NCBI GenBank assembly: GCA_028534125.1 | Contig: CM052835.1 | Location: 1,798,001 to 1,862,000, forward strand | Source of the DNA: Lama glama | Taxonomy: Eukaryota | DNA: 64,000 nucleotides | Reading direction: 5' to 3' | Shown here: in pieces, positions 12,401 through 22,780 of the stretch | Position numbering within the stretch: the stretch's first letter is position 1 | How the letters are laid out: each line of letters begins with the position of its first letter | The notes under the pieces: generated by a model | Told to the model about the DNA's origin: nothing | The model's database searches: none | What the model saw: only the letters and a program-made list of their open reading frames with translations | Position numbers and translations under genes: made by a program

Positions 12401-14145
12401 ACTCCCTGTGACCTGTCCCCCACACGCTCTGCAAAGAGCCCCTCACCCAGGCCCTTCCCACTTTCCTAGAGCGCCAGCTTCAGGTCTGCTCACTTCCAGC
12501 GGGTGAAAACGCAGAATACGCTTCTGCCCCGAATCTCCTCGCGGGGGCCCCGGTGCCGCACTGTCCCCGGACGCCCAGTGACGGGTCCGCCCCCCTGTCC
12601 CCCACAGGCTCTTCTTCCGAAGGCACTACCCCGTGAGCAGTGTGATCTTCTGCGCGCTGGACCCCCAGGACAGGAAGTAAGGAGTGTGTGTGTCAGCCCC
12701 GCGCCGCGCCCGCCGGGCCCGGGGCCTGAACTCACTCTCCCTTTCTCTCTGACTTGCCAGGTGGATCACAGACGGCCCCTCCTCAAGGTACGTCGCCAGC
12801 GGTCTCCACAGCCTCCTGGTGGACGGTCGCCTCCGAAGCCGAATTCTTTCCCAGCTGCCCAAAGAGGAGATGACCCCATAACGCCAGCGGGTTGGGGTCT
12901 GGCTTTACACAGAAATGAAAGTGTTCGTAGGCAGAAAGTGTCCGCAAAGGGTGAACTTTTCTGCTGGCTCTTTGAATGAGCAGTATTTACATGCAGCCCA
13001 TAAGATGCGGTACAGAGAGCGTGGGGCGGTCAGCACAGCGTTTCCAGCCTGGCCGCGGGGCCTCGGACCCTCCAGAGCCATCTGTGTCATTCCCCCAAAC
13101 ATGACTGCCACGGCGTCCAACCTCGGGGGTCCCCTTCCAGGATTCCGATTTCACACTCCTCCTCTGTCTGGGCATCTGATAAAGTGTCGGGCGCCTCCCC
13201 AGCCCCAGGTGGGGCGTGACCCCTGGCTCTGGCCCGCAGGGTGAACTGCACTCCCTCCTGCGTGGACGGGGCCGCCCCGAGGGGGCCACTTGGCGCCATC
13301 GGCCAGTCCCTCCCTTGGCGTGGAAGCCACTCAGCTTATGCAAAAAGATTCCGCATTGCCCTGAGAAGGAGGAGAAAGATTTGGATTCAGATAATGGTAG
13401 TTACTGTGTTAAGTTTGGGCTTGAGAAATGCTATTCAGCATTGAGAAAGGCTTCAATTCTAAGGAAAACAGTTCGACCCTGCCGCTCTCTCAGTGTCCTC
13501 TCCTGCGTGTAGCCTGTAACTCAGGCGCACAAGGCCTGCGAAGGGGGCCCTGCTGTGTTTTCACCCCCCATCCTCTGGCCCGGGTGTGGGAGGAGTGTGG
13601 GCGTCCGGGTGGAGCCCACCAGCATCCACACCATCTCAGGACCAGAGCTGGGGTGTTGGCACTCATGAGGTCTGTGAGGAGAGACCAGGCGGCCCCTTAG
13701 GAAGAGCCAGGTCCTCCCCTCCAAGACGCAGGCGAGCCCCTCAGGAGCCGTGCAGCCTCTGGAGGGGTCTGGCCAGGCCTGGGGCAGCCACTGCAGTGCA
13801 AGTCCCAGCCCTGCCCCTCAGGCTCCTCCCCTGTGACACCTGGGCTCAGCCCCATCCCCGAGGGTCTGCGAGGTGGAGGGAGGCGGGGCAGGTGGCTGGC
13901 GGGCTGGCCCCTGGGATGATGCAGTGGCCGGGAGGGGGAGCGGAGGCTGGCACCCGACGGGACGAGGCCCTCTGCTCGCTGACCCGCCTTCCTTTTGCAG
14001 GGTCTTCGGTTTCGTGGCCCGGAAGCAGGGCAGCGCCACGGACAACGTGTGCCACCTGTTCGCGGAGCATGACCCCGAGCAGCCCGCCAGCGCCATCGTC
14101 AACTTCGTGTCCAAGGTCATGATTGGCTCCCCGAGGAAGATCTGA
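392..14145 (+). CDS. TNS3: Tensin-3, 3' part of the spliced CDS (9 exons, 881 nt, about 293 C-terminal residues: SH2 + PTB domains); 5' exons lie upstream of the window
   Basis: Hand-spliced exons 392-478, 3388-3519, 6264-6359, 6626-6703, 7420-7497, 10973-11141, 12608-12676, 12761-12787 and 14001-14145 are all GT-AG and phase-compatible. They read ...[49 protein letters not shown]...[20 protein letters not shown]...[25 protein letters not shown]...[47 protein letters not shown], matching the TNS3-specific tensin C-terminus. Confidence 0.97.
3388..3519 (+). CDS. TNS3: TNS3 coding exon (132 nt, phase 1-1), SH2 core with FIVRDS phosphotyrosine-binding motif
   Basis: Acceptor ctctttccgtcctgcag; encodes [44 protein letters not shown]; donor AAG|gtgggt. 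Confidence 0.97.
6264..6359 (+). CDS. TNS3: TNS3 coding exon (96 nt, phase 1-1), SH2
   Basis: Acceptor tctcttgccccag; encodes [32 protein letters not shown]; donor TCG|gtgagt. Confidence 0.97.
6626..6703 (+). CDS. TNS3: TNS3 coding exon (78 nt, phase 1-1), end of SH2
   Basis: Acceptor tcttcgcccgtccgcag; encodes [26 protein letters not shown]; donor GAG|gtacgc. This frame is absent from the ORF track. Confidence 0.96.
7420..7497 (+). CDS. TNS3: TNS3 coding exon (78 nt, phase 1-1), SH2-PTB linker
   Basis: Acceptor ttttcttgctcctcccggcag; encodes [26 protein letters not shown]; donor CAG|gtgggt. Confidence 0.96.
7830..9850 (-). mobile_element. Old, degraded LINE-1 (L1MC/MD-like) 3' portion in a TNS3 intron
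   Basis: Minus-strand translation [24 protein letters not shown] matches the L1 ORF2 C-terminus; typical antisense L1 text (aataaagctgccgtaaacatcc, ttttgagttaatttctgtgaag, ccacatttgttgaagagact). Confidence 0.88.
9630..9740 (-). mobile_element. Short younger L1 3' tail nested in the older L1
   Basis: ttttttaattgaagtat...tgtgtcaatttccagtgcacggcatcatgtttcagtcatacatgtacatac matches the other young L1 tails in this window (39915, 51645, 61383). Confidence 0.75.
10973..11141 (+). CDS. TNS3: TNS3 coding exon (169 nt, phase 1-2), start of PTB domain
   Basis: Acceptor ggtgtcttccag; encodes [56 protein letters not shown](K); donor GAA|gtgcgt. Confidence 0.97.
12086..12212 (+). repeat. G-rich minisatellite, ~41-bp unit x3, intronic
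   Basis: Units start gggaaacgggga at 12086, 12127 and 12168 and end ggggtc(c/a)cc(t/c)g. Confidence 0.85.
12608..12676 (+). CDS. TNS3: TNS3 coding exon (69 nt, phase 2-2), PTB
   Basis: Acceptor ccccctgtcccccacag; encodes (K)[22 protein letters not shown](K); donor GAA|gtaagg. Confidence 0.96.
12761..12787 (+). CDS. TNS3: TNS3 27-nt micro-exon (phase 2-2), PTB loop
   Basis: Acceptor ctctccctttctctctgacttgccag; encodes (K)WITDGPSS(R); donor AAG|gtacgt; preceded by an 84-nt intron. Confidence 0.92.
14001..14145 (+). CDS. TNS3: TNS3 terminal exon, coding part (end of PTB, TGA stop)
   Basis: Acceptor ccttccttttgcag; encodes (R)[47 protein letters not shown]; TGA at 14143-14145. Confidence 0.97.
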
Positions 14146-15227
14146 GCCTCGCGCCGGGAGACCCCCAGAGGGGCCGGCTGTGCCCCCGACCTCCCCGGCC
14201 CAGGAGGGAAGGGGGCCCTCCAACTTACACACCAGAACAAGCCACCCCGCGGCCCAGTGGCCTTCCCGGAAAGACACGTTTCTGCCGCCCAGGGCCCCGG
14301 CGGAGGAAGACGGGCGCCGGGTGGGCCCCCATACTTGCGCTCGTACATCTGCGAGGGGAGGGGAGCCCAGCCCGCTCGGCAGTGGCCCGAGTGGCCGCTG
14401 TGCCTCGGGGTAGCCGTCTCGGGGGGGCTCCTGTCCAGCGGACACCCTGGCGCCTCTGTCCTCCCGCGATCACCACGGAGAGGCTGATGGGTGGGCCTGA
14501 AGAGGGGTGCACGCCTAATTAAGGTTCGTGCAGGTCAGGCGCTCCGGATCCCTGGGGCGTGAACGAGGGGTCGGCGAGATGGGCGGCGAGGCCAGGAGGT
14601 CCCTGGGGCCCCGTGGAGGGGCTGCCTCCGCCTCCGCTCGCCCAGCTCTGACTGGCACGCTGGGCCGGGAGGGGAACGCCGTTTCCATAAAAGTTACGTT
14701 TTACTTCTGCCAAAGTGTTTATGGGAACAGTTTGCCAGTGCTGTGCAGTGCTGGGGTCCAGTTACTGCCGCCTCCCCAGCTGGGTTCTGGGCGGAGCGTC
14801 TGCCCCGGGCGGGTCACCGAGATTCGGAGGCTGTGGGTCCCCACCGGCGATGCCGTGGGCCGTGGCTACTGCCCGCAGCCCTTCCGAATTCCTGACCATC
14901 CGCAGGTCCTTTCTGGGGAGGACGGCTCCAAGGGGTGAGACGCGCTTAGTTGTAGCCTCAGTCCCCACGCCGCACCGTCGTCTTGGGGTGGAGACTGTAC
15001 TGAGGACCCTGCCCCGGGGACCTCTCGGCGGTCTTGTCCGCGCCTCTTGGCTCCTGCCCGGGTCCTGCGTTCCGGCAGGAGGATGAGACCGGATGAGTCT
15101 CGGTCCTTCCAGGGAGTTCTGACTCAGCTCTGCTGCGTGTCCGCGGCCCGGATCAGGCGCGCTGTCTGCGCGGATGTGCGCACTGCAGTGCCGTGGTCCG
15201 TCCGCCCGTCGGGCAGTGGGTCCAAGG

Positions 15228-15254
15228 TGCCGCGGATGCCGCGGATGCCGCGGA
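15228..15254 (+). repeat. 9-bp tandem repeat (tgccgcgga)x3 in the 3' UTR
   Basis: Read directly from the sequence. Confidence 0.85.
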
Positions 15255-16520
15255 GCGAGAGACGGCGCTGCGCACCACCGTCTCCTTCCCCGTCACCCGG
15301 GCGCTCACCCCCGGGCTCTCCCTCGAACGAGGGCTTCCCGGGCGCCTCCGCATCCCCAGTCAAGCACCAGCCCTCAGGTCACCAGGAATCACCGCAGCCA
15401 GCGGTCACCGCGCAGGGCTTTGGAAATGCGCGTTGTGGACTGTTTCAAAGTGGGCAGAGACAGACTCGGCCGCAGCAGAGGTGGGATGGGCCGAACCGCA
15501 GTGGGCATCGAGCGTGTGCGCCTGCGCGCGTGGGTGTGCGTGCCTGTGTGAGTGTGTGCGCGCGAGTGTGTGAGAGCAGGCGCTGAGTCCACTGTGTAGC
15601 TCCTATTAATGCACCAAACGCAAGTGCCTCGTTTCTGTGCCAAATGTTTGCCTTGGTCTTCGTGGACCACCTTCCCCGCCGCATGGCTGCGTGGCCGGTA
15701 AGAAGATTGTACCGGCATCTTCGGAGGCCCGACGCCTTGGTCCTCGGCAGTGGCGTGTCCGGCATTTCCGTTTTCCATCCTCAGCAGGACTTCAGCCCAG
15801 GGGGCAGCGCTGCCCCCAAGACCTGCCCCCTCCCGAGATGCTCGAGCCCAGGTCTGACCTAAGGGCCGCAGGCAGGTGCCTCGTCTTTCTGACGAAGCAG
15901 GAGCGGGCAGGATTGAGAAGCACGAACCCCGCGTCAGAGAGAGCCGGGCCTCCCCGGCCGCGCTTGTCCAGAGCATCCCAGCCACGGCGCTTGCTTTACA
16001 GACTGACCGGCCGCCGAGACGCGTGCTCTCGGCACCCAAGGGCGTCGGGACGCTCCCGCCAGCAAACGGCTCCCTCGGAGGTGAGGGACCGAAGGGAGCC
16101 AATGCCTGGTTCCCGAGGAGCTGGCACGACAGTGTTACACACGCAGCCGCGAACTCTGCGCTCAGGCCTCGGGGAGCCCCGCCCCGGGGCCCGCGGGGAG
16201 GGAACGGCCCCCGGGTGCCGGCGGGCACAGGGGCGCGCACGAGGCCCGCGCCCCGCAAGCGTCATAGCCAGTGTCCCTTGACCCGCGCTGTGTCCCTCCA
16301 GTGTTAACCTGTACTCTCCTTGAGTCGCCCCGCGTCTGAGGGCCCCCACCCCGCCTCCTCCGCGTCCGTCCTCACCGCGCCGCCTTATCTGCCCTGCCAA
16401 GTAGTGGGTGTTTCTCCTCCCGCCTTGTAAAGAGTGTACCCAGTCTGTAAATGAACGTTCCAGGATAACTCTGTATAGCGCTCTGCTCTGCTCTCTAAAT
16501 ACCGCCTCTATTCAGAGTAT

Positions 16521-16526
16521 AATAAA
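16521..16526 (+). terminator. Polyadenylation signal AATAAA of TNS3
   Basis: Canonical hexamer with upstream TGTA motifs in 16420-16480 and downstream GT/T-rich sequence (cttgtttgtg, gtgtgtgtg). Confidence 0.85.
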
Positions 16527-18689
16527 GTTATAAACTTGGTAAGCCTCGGGGAGGCAGGCGCTTGTTTGTGGCGTCGGATGGAAGCTTCCGGAAGGGTGTC
16601 CGCGGGTGTGGACGTGTGTGTGCACGCCTGGGTGTGCCTGCGTGTGTGTTTATTTGGGACTGTTTATGGGTCAGTAAATTCAGTTATGCATTCGTGTGTG
16701 TTTTGCCTCCAGGAATAGTCTGAGATTTCTGCCCAGCGACTTCAGAAAATTGTATTTGTAGGTTTTAAGTAGTGAATGATAGTAACTGGTATTGATCATG
16801 GGTTCTGCTATGTTTTAGGGGTTTTTTTGTTTTGTTTTTTGTTTTGCTGCTCCATTTTTGATGTTGGTATAAAGCTCGCTGTTCCAGTGGCTGTGGGAGA
16901 AAGGCCCCCACTTAGACCAGTGTCTGATGGGGCTTCCCAGATGTCTGCTGAGTTGGTCGGTGACCCAGAATAGGAAAAGCCTGGTGGGTTCACCTAATCT
17001 TTCAACGGATGCTGGTGACAGTCTCAGCCAGCTCTCCTGGGTTAGCAAGGTTCACCCCACAGTGAGGCGGGGGCCCACTGTGCTGGTTTTCTGCCCGCTG
17101 GGGCTGGGGCCCTCCCGAGCTTGACCTGCTGCCCCTGTTTGGTGAGGACATGGGACCCTGCTGCCTGCCCTCCCTCTGTGTTCTGGAGCCTGGAGCCGCT
17201 CTGTCCCCGCAAGAGGCCAGGTGACCGCTGGGCGTGCCTGGACCCGGTCTGCGAGGGTGGGCAGTCACTGGGCGGCCCAGGCCCGCCTGCCTCTCCCAGT
17301 GCAAGCTGTGCCACGGAGCGGGCGTCATCCTCACCAGGCTCGGGCTGGGGGTGACCCTTCATATGGCTTAGAGCGGGCTGTTTCTGCTCCCACTCAGGAG
17401 AGAAACAGAGCCTGGCCCATGGCAGCCGTGGACCGATGGCAGCTGACCCCACCCGCAAACCTCAGGTCTCCACCCACACTGCATGCCTGTGCTGGCATGG
17501 CCCTCTGGGCACAGGCTCCGAGGACACTGTACTGGGGAGGGCACCCTGCAGTGGTCCCCATGTCAATGCCAAGCATGGAAGGGAGGGCAGGTGGGGAAGG
17601 GGGGCTGAGTCTTGTCCACAGGAGGGTTCCACTGGGTCCTGGACCCTGGACCAGTGTCACAGCAGGGCTCTGGGCCTACTGTCCTTACGGGCACACTTTG
17701 AAGGACGCAGTCTGGACTTGTCACAGTGGCTCCAGGCTGCACAGAGGACCATCGGAGACCGAGTGACCACGAGGCCTTGTGGAAGGACTCCTGCCTCGTG
17801 CCAGAGTGTCATGCTCCCTGTTCATCACTGAGCCATCCTCCCGTGATGCCCCCCGGCCCCACCCACTCGGGTCTGGATCTCTCAGGGACGGCCGGTCGCT
17901 GGGGGGGAAACGTGGGGTCGGACCCTTTATCGTGGTTTTTCTGTCTGCTAGAGGTTTGTGTGTGGTCTCGTGTCCTGGGATGAGGGGCCCATGGACCTGG
18001 GGTTCATATTTCAGAGTAGGGGCGATGGAGCTGGGCTCAGAGCTGAACCGGAGTGTCCAGGTGGACCTGGGCTTCAAGAAAGGGACGTTTCACGATGTAT
18101 CTGAACACACTGGAGCCTCAGGGCTGTTGAACAGAAAACAAGAAAAATGATTCAAGAGCAAATGTCCTTAAAGTTCCCCAGGAATCAGAGGCCAAGGTCC
18201 AAGCCTGGGCAGGGGCAGCAGTTCGGGTTGGGTGGGCTGTCCCTTGTGGGGATTCTGCCAACTGACCGAGCCCTGCAGCTTGTCCCCAAGGACCTAAGAC
18301 ACCAGGGTGGTGCTGGGGGCTGCCACTCTCTCCCCTACCGAGACCCTGTCCGCCTCTCAGGCAGCCCCGCAGGGGCCAGTGGGAGACACAGCCCCAAACT
18401 GTGGAAAGACCAGGGCAGCTGACCTGCGTGGGAGCACAGCCCATGGCAGCCTGGGTCCTGGGGCTACACCTGCCCAGGGCAAGCCCTGTGGACACCTGAC
18501 ACTTAACTGGGACCCAGAGTCTTCTAACACAACAGACAGATCCCCAGGATACAACAGAAAAGGACCTGCTGAACCAGGAGTCAGGGAGTTTACAGCCCAA
18601 ATGAGAAAAGATGGGAGCTGAGGAAGCGGGTGCTGGGATTGCGTGGCCGGGGAGGGGGGTGTTTAAAGCAACCGCAGAATCCCTGCTTC

Positions 18690-19410
18690 AGTGAGCAAGT
18701 CTGAGTGGAAAAGCAAAAACAGAACCCCAGCACAGTCACGAAGTCACGGAAAAACCAAAGTACGGAACTAAAATGCAGAAAACAAACCAAAAACCCACTG
18801 GGAACTCCGTAGCAGAGTGGAGATGCCGGACGAACAAATCCGTGACCTTGAGGACCGATGGATAAAATCCCTGGTCTGAACAACAGAGGCTTAAAAAAAA
18901 GTGAGGGGACCTGGGGACAATCATGTGAGTCACTGAGTTCCAGAAGGTGGGGAGAAGGGAGGGTTGAGGAGTATCTGAAGAAATGGCCCCAAACTCTCCA
19001 AATTCAGCCAAAGACACAAACCTGTAGATTCAAGGAGCTGAGTGAACCCCAAACAGGGGAAACCACAAAATCCATGCGCGATTCACCAGAACCAAACTTC
19101 CGACAAGTAGAGATGAAGGAAGAATCTGGGAAGCAGCCAGAAAGAAGCGATGGTTTCTGTGCACTGAGTGAAGGTGGGTTTCTCACATGAAAACACAGAG
19201 GCCAGAAGGAAATGACACATTTTTCGAGGCTGAAAGTAAAACAAATACCAGCTGTGAGGTCTCTGTCCAGTGAAACGGCTGTCAGGAAGAAAGGGGCCAT
19301 AAGGGGCCATTCTCAGGTGAAGGGAACCTGCAAGAATCGTTTTCAGCTGGCCTGCTGTTAACAACCTGCCCAAAAGACGTTCTTCAAGCAGAAAGGAAGC
19401 TGTGACGGGG
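18690..19410 (+). mobile_element. Degraded LINE-1 ORF1 region (old L1M 5' part)
   Basis: A-rich strand with ORF1 landmarks: attcaaggagctgagtgaaccccaaacagg (IQEAQRTP-like), gaatctgggaagcagccagaaag (ILKAARE-like), acagaggccagaagg, ttcttcaagcagaaagga. Confidence 0.8.
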
Positions 19411-20869
19411 AAGCCTGGAGGGTCAGGAAGGAAGGAGGAAGGAGGGGGTACAGTGGACACTGCTTTTCCTGGCGGGGATTACAGATCAGGCACGGCTGGC
19501 GATGGCGGCAAGAATTCCAGCTCCAGCCAGCACTCGAGCCTGGGACGTCTCAAAGTGAAGGAGGCAAAGGGGCCTCAGTGGAGGTGGCACCTCCACACGT
19601 CGGCCCCAGTGCTGAACCCTGCTGACAACGACAAATGGCATTTGTGTATGTTGTGAGATTCCACTAAATGATTGAATTAGCGATTCATCCCAGCCGGCCG
19701 TTCCAGGGCCTGCGTCCTCCCGGTGGCCCCGAGAGGCCGTCTCCGCGCACTGCCCCCCAGGGAGCCATCTCCGGTGAATTGGTCCCCTCCGCCTGCACTG
19801 TGACCTCCATGGGGACAGGAAGGCTGTGGCGGAACTGATGCCCGGGTCTCCCAGGACTTGTGCGGGAGGCGGTGGGTGAGCGCTCGCGGGCAGCCCCGCC
19901 CCCTGGTGGTCAGTGTGGCTTCACTGCAGCAGGCGGAACGCCGCGGACCCAGCGGAGCGGGAAACAAGAGACAGCTGCCTTCATGCGGGAGCGTGGATGC
20001 TGCGGCCCAGCTGCGTCCACCTGCAAATCTCGGCTCGCCGGCGTAGTCACCCTGTGCCTTTGACAAGCTACGCGACCAGGCCAGTCTTCTCCTTTATCAG
20101 ATGGGAACACTGCTTACATGCTGTATCTTGAGGTCCTCTGTGCTCCCAGGAGCAGGCCGCGTGGGGGGCAGACACCGTCTCCTCCTGGCTCTGCGGGAGC
20201 AGCCTCTGCCCCGGGAGAGGACTGTGCCCCAGGCTCAGAGGGCTGCAGCCCCGCCCGTATTTCTACCCTCTTGGCCACCACCGGGCCCAGTCTGCTCTGC
20301 AGGGTACCCGTGAGTGTGCTGTGCGCAAATGTGTATGCGTGCGTGCGTGTGTATCTGAGGCCTTGCACCCTCAAACCCCTGCTGGGTAGTGACTACGTGG
20401 GTCCCCAGCGACAGGCACCACGCAGTGTCAGGGCCTCCTGCTCCTCAGCGGCCCGCAGGCTCACCGGGGACCCCAGGGCTTCCCTGCTGCTGGGCTGAGG
20501 TTTGGCGGGGTGTCAGGAAGGTTCGCAGAGCCGGCACCTCGCAACGACCAGGGTGCTGCAAGGTGAAGCCACATTAGCTTCGCTTTAGAGCAAGTGGGCA
20601 GTGCCTTTGCAGAAGCGGGTTGGAAGCTGCAAACTCACATCAGCTCCTGGGGTAGGCACGCTGCTGCCCGGCCCGCGGGCGCGTTCCTGTGACGCCGTCG
20701 CCAAGTGGGAGCGCAAGATCGTGGAAGGAAGGCTTGAGAGAGGAACACGAAGTGGGAACTGTGGTTGTGCCAGAGAGGGTTTCCTTTTCTCTCCCTTTTT
20801 TCGTAATTTTCAGAATTGGCCATGATGCTAAGATCTTTTATATGAAGGGAAATGTCTGCAGGTAAGTGC

Positions 20870-21620
20870 TTCCCGGCCGGGTCTGCGCAGGGGCCGGGTG
20901 GCCGGCAGGGGGAGCGCGCCGTCCGGGACTCGTAAGGGGCGGAGGAGGTGGGGGGAGGGAACCTCCGCGCAGGAGGCGGGGCCGGGGGCGGGGGTGACCG
21001 CGGGGAGGGCGGGGTCTGCGCGGGAGGCGGGGCCTAGAGGCAAGGGCAAGGGGGACACAGCGGAGAGGGGCGGGGTCCCGGCGCAGGAAGTGGGGCCTGG
21101 GGAGGGAGTCTGCGTGTTGGACACGGGGTCGGTGGGGGCAAACCGCGGGGAGGGCGGGGGTCCGCAGACCACCCTTGGGGCCTGGGGGCGGGGGTCTGTG
21201 CGTGGGACGCGAGTCAGGCGCGGAGGAAGCCGCCCGGCCCTGCAGGGTCTGCTGGCCCGGGCCAGGGGCTCCCGCAGGGTCCCCAGGGCTGGGGAGGCGG
21301 GATGCGCGGGGGAGGGAGAGGTGTGTATCCGAGATGGGGGGGCCCGGGGGCTAGCCCGAACCCCGCAGGAACCCACCCGAGGCGGGGAGGGGGCAGGGTC
21401 CTCCGGGGGGCGTCCTCGGGCCGGACACGTGGCAGCGCTTTGCACGACCGCCCGGTAAGGATACCACCCCGCGCGGACCCCTCCTGCCGGGCTCCTCCCC
21501 GGCGCTGGGAAGGAGGGCGACCGGGGTTTAAGAAGAGAACCGTGAGGGAGCGCCCTGAGCGCGGGGGCCGCGTGGCTGTGACGCTGTAGGGCGCTCGCTG
21601 CGCCGGGAGGCCTCCTCTTT
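20870..21620. promoter_or_regulatory. GC/CpG-rich island-like segment with clustered GC boxes and G-runs
   Basis: Multiple GGGCGGGG/GGCGGGG boxes in 20970-21200, dense CpG and strong G-skew on +. No coding gene start is associated with it. Confidence 0.5.
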
Positions 21621-21914
21621 GGCGGAGGTCGTTTGTTGGGACCCGCAGCTGAGCTTTCTGGGCACAGAGGCCGGATGCGGGTTGAATGTCAAGCAACCAG
21701 CAGAGTTCCTGGCATTTCTGAGCATCGGGATGGAGGGGGAAAAGGAGGGGAGCAGGGAGGGCGGAGGGATGAAGGGGGGAGGGGGAGGGCCCACCGGCCC
21801 TTTCAGAGCATCCAGCGGCGCAGGTTTCAGATGTCCTGAGACAACGGCCTTTTCCACGCTAAGGACGGGCCGCCATGGATTTGCGAGTTCTGTACCAGGC
21901 ACCACCAAGTCCCC

Positions 21915-22190
21915 GAAAGGTTGAAACAAGCAGCCTTCCCACGGGTCTCAGAGCTGCGAGTCTGCGATCAGGGTGTCCGCAGGGCTGGTTTCTCCCCAGG
22001 CTTCCTCCCGAGGCTCGCAGAGGGCTGCCCGCTCTGTGTGCATCTCTGCTGTCGCCCTTCTTATAAGGGTGCCAGCCCCACCCGTGCGATCTCACGTAAC
22101 CTTAATCACCTCCTTAGAGGCCCTGTATCCAAGTACAGTCCCACTGGGGGCTCAGATTTCTCCCTGTGAATTTAGGGGGCATCCAGCAGT
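21915..22190 (-). mobile_element. MLT1-type (MaLR) LTR remnant
   Basis: cagggtgtccgcagggctggtttctcc...cttcttataagggtgccag...taaccttaatcacctccttagaggccctgtatccaagtacagtcccactggggg resembles antisense MLT1A/C. Confidence 0.8.
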
Positions 22191-22780
22191 GGGGTGCCTG
22201 CTGACCTGAGAAAAGCCCAGTGTCCTCGCAGTGGGAGGGAGGGGCTTCCGAGTGGAAGGAAGCTGGAGAGGTGGGACAGCTCAGAGCCCAGCTGCAGGGC
22301 ATGGGGACTCCCCAGGGCGTGGTACCCAATGGCTGGTAACCGTCAGCCGGGGGCCCCAGGGTCTCTCTGGGGCCAGAGCACCGTGTGCACCTGCCAGGCA
22401 GCAGCCAGAGGCGCCTGCGCTGTGTCTTCACGTGGCTGTAGGAACCACCTCCTCACCATTGTCAACTGGGGTAGGGACCGTGGTTCCCCAGCAGCTTTTC
22501 AGGGACTTTGCCCAAAGTCCTGAGGCCTTGTGGGAAACCAGGCCTCTCCTCCCTTCCTTTTTTGTAAACAAAGAAACTGCCAGCATGGAAACTGCATCTC
22601 CCTTGTCCTTCCTTCAAAGGGTGATGATAACCTGGGTCATCCATCATTTTTATTTCCGAAGGATGGACGCGCCTGCTCCACTGGCCCTGGAACTTTCCTC
22701 CCCCTCAGCCGTTGGCTCTGGCCTCTCCCGATGTTTATTTCAACCTCACGATTAAAGAAAAATGTTAAGTGTGCAACAGC

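Larger units (their letters stand above)
14146..16545 (+). other. TNS3: TNS3 3' UTR (~2.4 kb; 3' end approximate)
   Basis: Runs from the stop codon to the first AATAAA I found (16521). No interspersed repeats were recognised in it, and it has AT-richer blocks near the end. Confidence 0.8.

Noticed and set aside
15389-16307. Long overlapping ORFs (289, 214, 143 aa) after the TNS3 stop
   Set aside because: They lie within the GC-rich 3' UTR; no homology recognised.
16446-16453. TGTAAATG as a Pumilio response element
   Set aside because: One mismatch to TGTAHATA; cannot be supported without conservation data.
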